64,000 nucleotides of DNA from Longimicrobiales bacterium (GTDB lineage: Bacteria > Gemmatimonadota > Gemmatimonadetes > Longimicrobiales > Gaopeijiaceae): the NCBI GenBank assembly GCA_965204735.1, contig OZ242008.1, positions 2,848,001 to 2,912,000 on the forward strand, written 5' to 3'. Positions 59,109 through 64,000 of the stretch are shown piece by piece (position 1 is the first letter of the stretch; every line of letters begins with the position of its first letter). The position numbers and the translations under genes were made by a program. The notes beneath the pieces are model-generated. The model was not told the origin of the DNA and searched no databases. It saw nothing but the letters and a program-made list of their open reading frames with translations.

Positions 59109-61244
59109 GTGAAGGCTGGTACTGCGTGTGCGCCGGCGGCAGTGGCGACCGTCGCCGCGAAGGCCGGTGGGCGCCGCGTTCGACGGAGCGTCTTCGCGGC
59201 CGCTTGCGTCGCCGCGTCGCTTGCCCCTGTGGTGGCGGTCCGGGCCCAGCAGGGCGCCGTCGGCGGAGAGTGGCGCCACTATGGCGGCGGCCCAGGCAAT
59301 ACGCGCTACGCGCCCCTGGACCAGATCGACCGGACCAACGTCGGGTCGCTGGAAGTCGCCTGGCGGTGGAAGGCCGCCAACTACGGTCCGGCGCCCGAGT
59401 TCAACTACCGGACCACGCCCCTCATGGTGGACGGCGTGCTGTACGCCACGGCAGGCTACCGGCGGGTCGTGGCCGCAATCGACGCAGGAACCGGCGAGAC
59501 GCTCTGGACGTACCGCCTGGACGAGGGAGACCGCTCGGCACCGCGGCGCAACTCGGGGAGAGGCGTGGCGTACTGGGACCCGCGGCGGGCCGGGGCGGAC
59601 GGCGCCCGAGCGGCCGGCGCCGAACCGATCGAGACCGAGACGGGCGCCGGGGTCCGGCCCGGGACCAGCGCCGGGGCCGAGCCCTTCGCCCGTCCTCGCA
59701 TCTTCCTCGTCACGCCGGGGTTCCACCTGGTGGCGCTGGACGCGGCCACCGGGAGGCCGGTCGAAGGCTTCGGCGAGCGCGGGGTAGTGGACCTTCGGCT
59801 GGAGCTGGGAAGGGAGATCGACTTGGAGGACGCGCCGATCGGGTCCAGCTCGCCGCCGGCGGTGGCAGGGAGCGTGGTCGTGGTGGGCTCGGCGCTGCCG
59901 TCGGGGGGCGCGCCGCCTTCGCCGGAGATGCCGCCGGGCCACGTGCGGGGGTACGACGCGGCGACGGGCGAGCGCCTTTGGACCTTCCACACCATTCCCC
60001 AGCCCGGCGAGTTCGGCCACGAGACGTGGGAGGAGGACTCGTGGGAGTACACGGGCAACGCGGCCGTGTGGACCGCCATCAGCGTCGACCCGGCGCTGGG
60101 TCTGGTCTACCTGCCCGTGGAAGCGGGCACCGGCGACTACTACGGCGGCCATCGGCCCGGCGACAACCTCTTTTCCCAGAGCCTGGTCGCCCTCGACGCG
60201 GCCACCGGAGAGCGCGCCTGGCACTTCCAGACCGTTCACCACGGCATCTGGGACTACGACCCGCCGGCGGCGCCCGTCCTGGCCGACTTGGTGGTGGAGG
60301 GGCGCCCGGTGCCGGCGGTGGCCCAGATCACCAAGCAGACCTTCACCTTCGTGCTCGACCGGCGGACCGGCGAGCCCCTGTGGCCCGTCGAGGAGCGTCC
60401 CGTGCCCCAGACCGACGTGCCCGGCGAGCGCACGTCGCCCACGCAGCCCTTTCCCACCAAGCCCCCGCCCTTCGACCGGCAGGGCGTGGACCCCGACGAC
60501 CTGATCGACTTCACCCCCGAACTGCGCGCCGAAGCGGAAGAGATCCTCGCCCAGCTGCGATGGGGGCCCTTGTACACGCCCCCGTCGGTGGCGGAGGAAG
60601 GCGGCGCCCAAGGCACCCTCATGGTCCCCGGCTCCTTGGGAGGCGCCAACTGGCCCGGCGGAGCGTTCGACCCCGAGTCCGGCTACCTCTTCGTCCAGTC
60701 GGCGACCCACCCCAGCGTGATCTCCCTGGTTCGCGACCCCGAGCTCTCGTCCATGAACTACGTGCGCGGCGGCGGGCTGCGGCTGCGGCGCGGCGGCGGC
60801 CCCCAGGGGCTGCCCCTATTCAAGCCGCCTTGGGGGCGGATCACGGCCCTCGACCTCAACGTCGGCGAGATCGCGTGGCAAGTCCCCAACGGCGACGCCC
60901 CCGAGTACGTGCGGGAGCATCCGGCGCTGGAAGGAGTGGACGTGGGAAGGACCGGCCGCCAGGACCGGGGCGGGCTCCTGGTCACCCGTACCCTGCTCTT
61001 CGCCGGCGAAGGCGGGGGGATGTACGCGGCCTCGGGGTCGGGAGGAAGGATGCTGCGGGCTCACGACAAGGCGACGGGCGAGGTCGTGGCCGAGATCGAG
61101 CTGCCGGCCAACCAGACGGGCCTGCCCATGACCTACATGCACGAGGGGCGGCAGTTCGTGGTGGTGGCGGTGGGGGCGCCCCGGCGGCCGGGGGAGCTGG
61201 TGGCGCTGTCGTTGCCGGGGAGAACCGGCGCCGGAGGGAGCTGA
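59109..61244 (+). CDS. PQQ-dependent dehydrogenase (glucose/quinate dehydrogenase-like, soluble)
   Basis: W..YGG....RY.PL.QI...NV..L..AW, TPL.VDG.LY, RGVAYW, WHFQ.VHH..WDYD, GGANW.G, KPPWG, PMTY; start uncertain. Confidence 0.9.
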   Translation: MKAGTACAPAAVATVAAKAGGRRVRRSVFAAACVAASLAPVVAVRAQQGAVGGEWRHYGGGPGNTRYAPLDQIDRTNVGSLEVAWRWKAANYGPAPEFNYRTTPLMVDGVLYATAGYRRVVAAIDAGTGETLWTYRLDEGDRSAPRRNSGRGVAYWDPRRAGADGARAAGAEPIETETGAGVRPGTSAGAEPFARPRIFLVTPGFHLVALDAATGRPVEGFGERGVVDLRLELGREIDLEDAPIGSSSPPAVAGSVVVVGSALPSGGAPPSPEMPPGHVRGYDAATGERLWTFHTIPQPGEFGHETWEEDSWEYTGNAAVWTAISVDPALGLVYLPVEAGTGDYYGGHRPGDNLFSQSLVALDAATGERAWHFQTVHHGIWDYDPPAAPVLADLVVEGRPVPAVAQITKQTFTFVLDRRTGEPLWPVEERPVPQTDVPGERTSPTQPFPTKPPPFDRQGVDPDDLIDFTPELRAEAEEILAQLRWGPLYTPPSVAEEGGAQGTLMVPGSLGGANWPGGAFDPESGYLFVQSATHPSVISLVRDPELSSMNYVRGGGLRLRRGGGPQGLPLFKPPWGRITALDLNVGEIAWQVPNGDAPEYVREHPALEGVDVGRTGRQDRGGLLVTRTLLFAGEGGGMYAASGSGGRMLRAHDKATGEVVAEIELPANQTGLPMTYMHEGRQFVVVAVGAPRRPGELVALSLPGRTGAGGS

Positions 61245-61263
61245 GCCGCCAGGCGACTTCTCG

Positions 61264-63798
61264 CTACATCGCCAGGTCCGCGCGCAAGTAGGAGACCCGT
61301 CCGGAGAGTCCGTAGGGCGACTCGGCCGGGTAGTCGAACGCCCACAGCTGGGCCACGTGACCGTCCGGCAGCTTGTTGGGGAGCTTGTCGAAGAGGTTGT
61401 TGGCTCCCACTGCCAAGCGGACTCGGCCGGCGACCTCGATGCTGAGCTCGGCGTCGGCGATGGCCGCGGCGTCGATCTCCACGGGCTCTTCGAAGATGAA
61501 CGGCGACATGACCGAGCCGACGTGGTTCAGCCGGAAGCGAGCGCCGATCCCCCTCGCCGACCGCACGTCCACGCCGGCCCCGATCCGCTGCTTGGGCTGG
61601 TTCTCGGTGAGGAGCATCGTCTGGGTCTCGCGCACGAACGCCGGGTTGCGGTTGTTCGTGATCTCGGTCTCGTTGCGGTGGAGGCTGGCGGTCAGGTCCA
61701 CCGCGCCCCACGACATGCCCCGGGCGCGCCAAGTCGCCACCACGTCGATGCCCTTGGTGCGGGTGTCCACGGCGTTGGTCCAGAACGAGACGCCGTCCAC
61801 CGGCCGCCCCTGGAACTGGGCGCCGGCGCGCAGTCCGTGGTCCGGCCCCAGCCCCTGGGTGAGGACGATCGCGTCGGCCACCGACACTCGGTAGTAGTCG
61901 GCGGTGAAGAGGAGGCCCGAGTCGTTGGAGTAGACGAACCCGCCGGTAAAGCTGCGCGAGGTCTCGTGGGCCAGCGAGCAGGCGTCGAAGTCGGCGCAGG
62001 CGAGCGGGTCGCCCTCCGGGAGGAACCCGGTGCTGGTCAAGCCGCCCCCGCCGCCCTGGAAGATCACGGTGTTGAAGCCTCGATGGGGAAGCCGCGGCGC
62101 TCGGAAGCCTGTGGACACGGCCGTACGAAGGGCCGCCCCCGACTCGCCCAGCTCGATCCTGCCGGACACCTTGCCGGTCAGGGAGTTGCCCGCGTCGCTG
62201 TAGTTCTCGAAGCGGAGGGCCGCCCCCAGGGTGAAGACGCGGGCGGGCTCGACCTCCATGTCCACGTAGGCACCGAAGCTGTTGCGGCTCCGCTCGGAGG
62301 TTTCGGCGCTTGCCGGACTGTACCCCGGAAAGCCCTGAATGCCGCAGCTGGCGAAGGCCGAGCCGTCGGCGTTCTGCTCGTGGGCGGCGGGGAAGCTTCC
62401 CGGCGAGCTGCTGGGGCCGCAGGCGTACGAAGCCTGCTCGCCGGCAGTCATCCAGAAGCTCTCCCGGCGCCAGGCGCCTCCCAGCGCGACATGGGCCGGC
62501 GTGCTCCCCAGCGAGAGGTCGCGGGCCGCATCGGCGTTCACGTCGATCTGGCGCAGCGCGAGAGCGCCGCTGAAGACGTTTGCCGGCCCCGAGTTGCCGA
62601 CGATTGCGTCGGGCGTGGCCCCAGGGTTGCGGGAGAGGTATTCGGCGGCGTACGAGGGGTTGATCGAGTTCGCCGCGCTGAAGCGGAACTCGCCCTTTCC
62701 CAAGCCCAGGCTCAAGTCCGCCCACCACTCGCCCCACTCGCCTCGCAGCCCCAGCACCGAAGAGAGGTCGTTCAGTTCCGACTCCTCCGTGGGAAAGAAG
62801 CCGTCGGGATGCACGTACGACACGTTGCGGGGCACCCAGTCGGCCTTCCGGTAGAGGCCGTCGGCCACCGCCTCGCGGCCCGACCAGGTCGCAAAGGCGT
62901 AGAACTCCGACGACCGGCCCGCGGCCGCTGCCGCGTTCAGCGCGATCGCCGCGCCCTTGTAGTCCGGCTCGCCGATTCGCTGAAGCTGGGCGGTCCGGCC
63001 GCCGTTGGCGCAGGGAGCGTAATCCGGGTCCGGGCCGAAGCACGTGGGCGCCATGCCCGCGCGGGTCGTCGGCCGCTGGACGCCGTACTCGACGGTCAGG
63101 TTGAGGAAGCCTTCGGCGCCCAGGGGGACCCCTGCGTTGGCCGACGCCAGGACGCGCTCGCCGTCGCCCCACGAAGTGCGGCCCAGGTAGGTGGAAGTGG
63201 TCACGCCGTCGGCGTTGTCCTTGAGCACGATGTTGATCACTCCGGCGATGGCGTCGGAGCCGTACTGGGACGCCGCGCCCTCGCGCAGCACCTCGATCCG
63301 CTTGATCGCGTGGACGGGAATCGCCCGCAAGTCGGTGCCCGTGGTGCCCAGCCCCTGGGAGGCGATCACCTTGGGGAAGGCGACCCCATGGCGGCGCTTG
63401 CCGTTGACCAGCACCAGCACCTGGTCCGCGCTCATCCCGCGCAGCGTGGCGACGTGGAGCGCCGCGCCGTCGCCCCCTTGGAAGCGGGTGGAGTTGAAGG
63501 AGGGCGCGATCCGCCCCAGCGCCTCGGCCAAGTCGACCTCGCCCAGCCGCGCCAGCTCCTCGGCGCCGTAGATGTCCACGGGCACCGCCAGCTCGGCGGG
63601 GTTGCGGATGCCGGCCCGGGAACCGACCACGACCTCGACCCCGTCGAGTCCGTACACGGTGTCGGGGGGCTCCTGGGCGTGGGCGGGGAGCGTCGCCGGG
63701 GCCAGGAACGTCGCGGCCGAGAGCGCCGTCGCGAACGCCAGGGAAGCGAGCGCGTCCGAAGCCGCGGACCTGAGGAAAGCGATGGTCGAGCTCTTCAT
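61264..63798 (-). CDS. TonB-dependent receptor
   Basis: AGGAGG RBS, signal AHA-Q, VVVGSR, LRG...DQVLVLVNGKRRH, IEVLREGAASQYGSDAIAGVINIVLK, GANNLFD..P. Confidence 0.93.
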   Translation of the reverse strand: MKSSTIAFLRSAASDALASLAFATALSAATFLAPATLPAHAQEPPDTVYGLDGVEVVVGSRAGIRNPAELAVPVDIYGAEELARLGEVDLAEALGRIAPSFNSTRFQGGDGAALHVATLRGMSADQVLVLVNGKRRHGVAFPKVIASQGLGTTGTDLRAIPVHAIKRIEVLREGAASQYGSDAIAGVINIVLKDNADGVTTSTYLGRTSWGDGERVLASANAGVPLGAEGFLNLTVEYGVQRPTTRAGMAPTCFGPDPDYAPCANGGRTAQLQRIGEPDYKGAAIALNAAAAAGRSSEFYAFATWSGREAVADGLYRKADWVPRNVSYVHPDGFFPTEESELNDLSSVLGLRGEWGEWWADLSLGLGKGEFRFSAANSINPSYAAEYLSRNPGATPDAIVGNSGPANVFSGALALRQIDVNADAARDLSLGSTPAHVALGGAWRRESFWMTAGEQASYACGPSSSPGSFPAAHEQNADGSAFASCGIQGFPGYSPASAETSERSRNSFGAYVDMEVEPARVFTLGAALRFENYSDAGNSLTGKVSGRIELGESGAALRTAVSTGFRAPRLPHRGFNTVIFQGGGGGLTSTGFLPEGDPLACADFDACSLAHETSRSFTGGFVYSNDSGLLFTADYYRVSVADAIVLTQGLGPDHGLRAGAQFQGRPVDGVSFWTNAVDTRTKGIDVVATWRARGMSWGAVDLTASLHRNETEITNNRNPAFVRETQTMLLTENQPKQRIGAGVDVRSARGIGARFRLNHVGSVMSPFIFEEPVEIDAAAIADAELSIEVAGRVRLAVGANNLFDKLPNKLPDGHVAQLWAFDYPAESPYGLSGRVSYLRADLAM

Positions 63799-63933
63799 GC
63801 GTGTCCTCCTGTCGCCTTCGGCGGCGACTGTCGTTTCGGCCGCCCCTCCAGGTCGCGACGGCCTTCCCACAGCTTGCTCAACGCTAATGCGTGCACGCTC
63901 TGCCTGCAAAGGCGCCTTCGGGCTGGTCCGGGC

Positions 63934-64000
63934 TTAGTCGAACTCCGCGTCCGTCAGGCGGAACGCGTCGATCAGCTCCGGGTCGCTCTCCGTGCCCAGG
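63934..64000 (-). CDS. 3' end of an unidentified CDS running off the window
   Basis: ..LGTESDPELIDAFRLTDAEFD-TAA with host-like codon usage. Confidence 0.5.
   Translation of the reverse strand, partial: LGTESDPELIDAFRLTDAEFD

Noticed and set aside
63799..63933. Riboswitch upstream of the TonB receptor
   Set aside because: A small hairpin near the RBS is present, but no cobalamin, TPP or other conserved motif was recognisable
1..64000. cas genes, tRNA/rRNA genes, prophage or defence systems
   Set aside because: None recognisable in the window

Overview
Very GC-rich bacterial chromosomal window. Gene content is suggestive of a Gemmatimonadota-like, possibly host- or sponge-associated organism; this is inference only. 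It holds about 50 real CDSs, many coupled by ATGA/GTGA overlaps: a peptidase/HIT/serine-hydrolase/FAD-oxidase cluster, GPP34, an XRE-PBP regulator with modABC, a phoX-gmhA-hddA-beta-barrel operon, several exported oxidoreductases, a complete IS1202/ISNCY-type element with 16-bp target duplication, a type I glutaminyl cyclase beside an 11-kb Calx-beta repeat autotransporter adhesin, an ankyrin/TonB-receptor cluster, a priming glycosyltransferase-cls-methyltransferase cluster, pstSCAB1B2, nfeD-flotillin, a PQQ dehydrogenase and a second TonB receptor. The most notable signals not in the ORF track are: a UGA-containing UxxC ArsC-like selenoprotein with a SECIS-like hairpin; an orphan 3-repeat CRISPR-like array with two 36-bp spacers; a stand-alone ~260-nt structured transcript with a 13-nt anti-16S-tail motif and a 20-codon ORF; a complementarily degenerate PstB pair; a microhomology-type deletion removing the catalytic Lys of an aminotransferase; and a Gln-after-signal-peptide pattern matching the glutaminyl cyclase. 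All calls come from reading the sequence; no searches were run. Start codons were chosen by eye.
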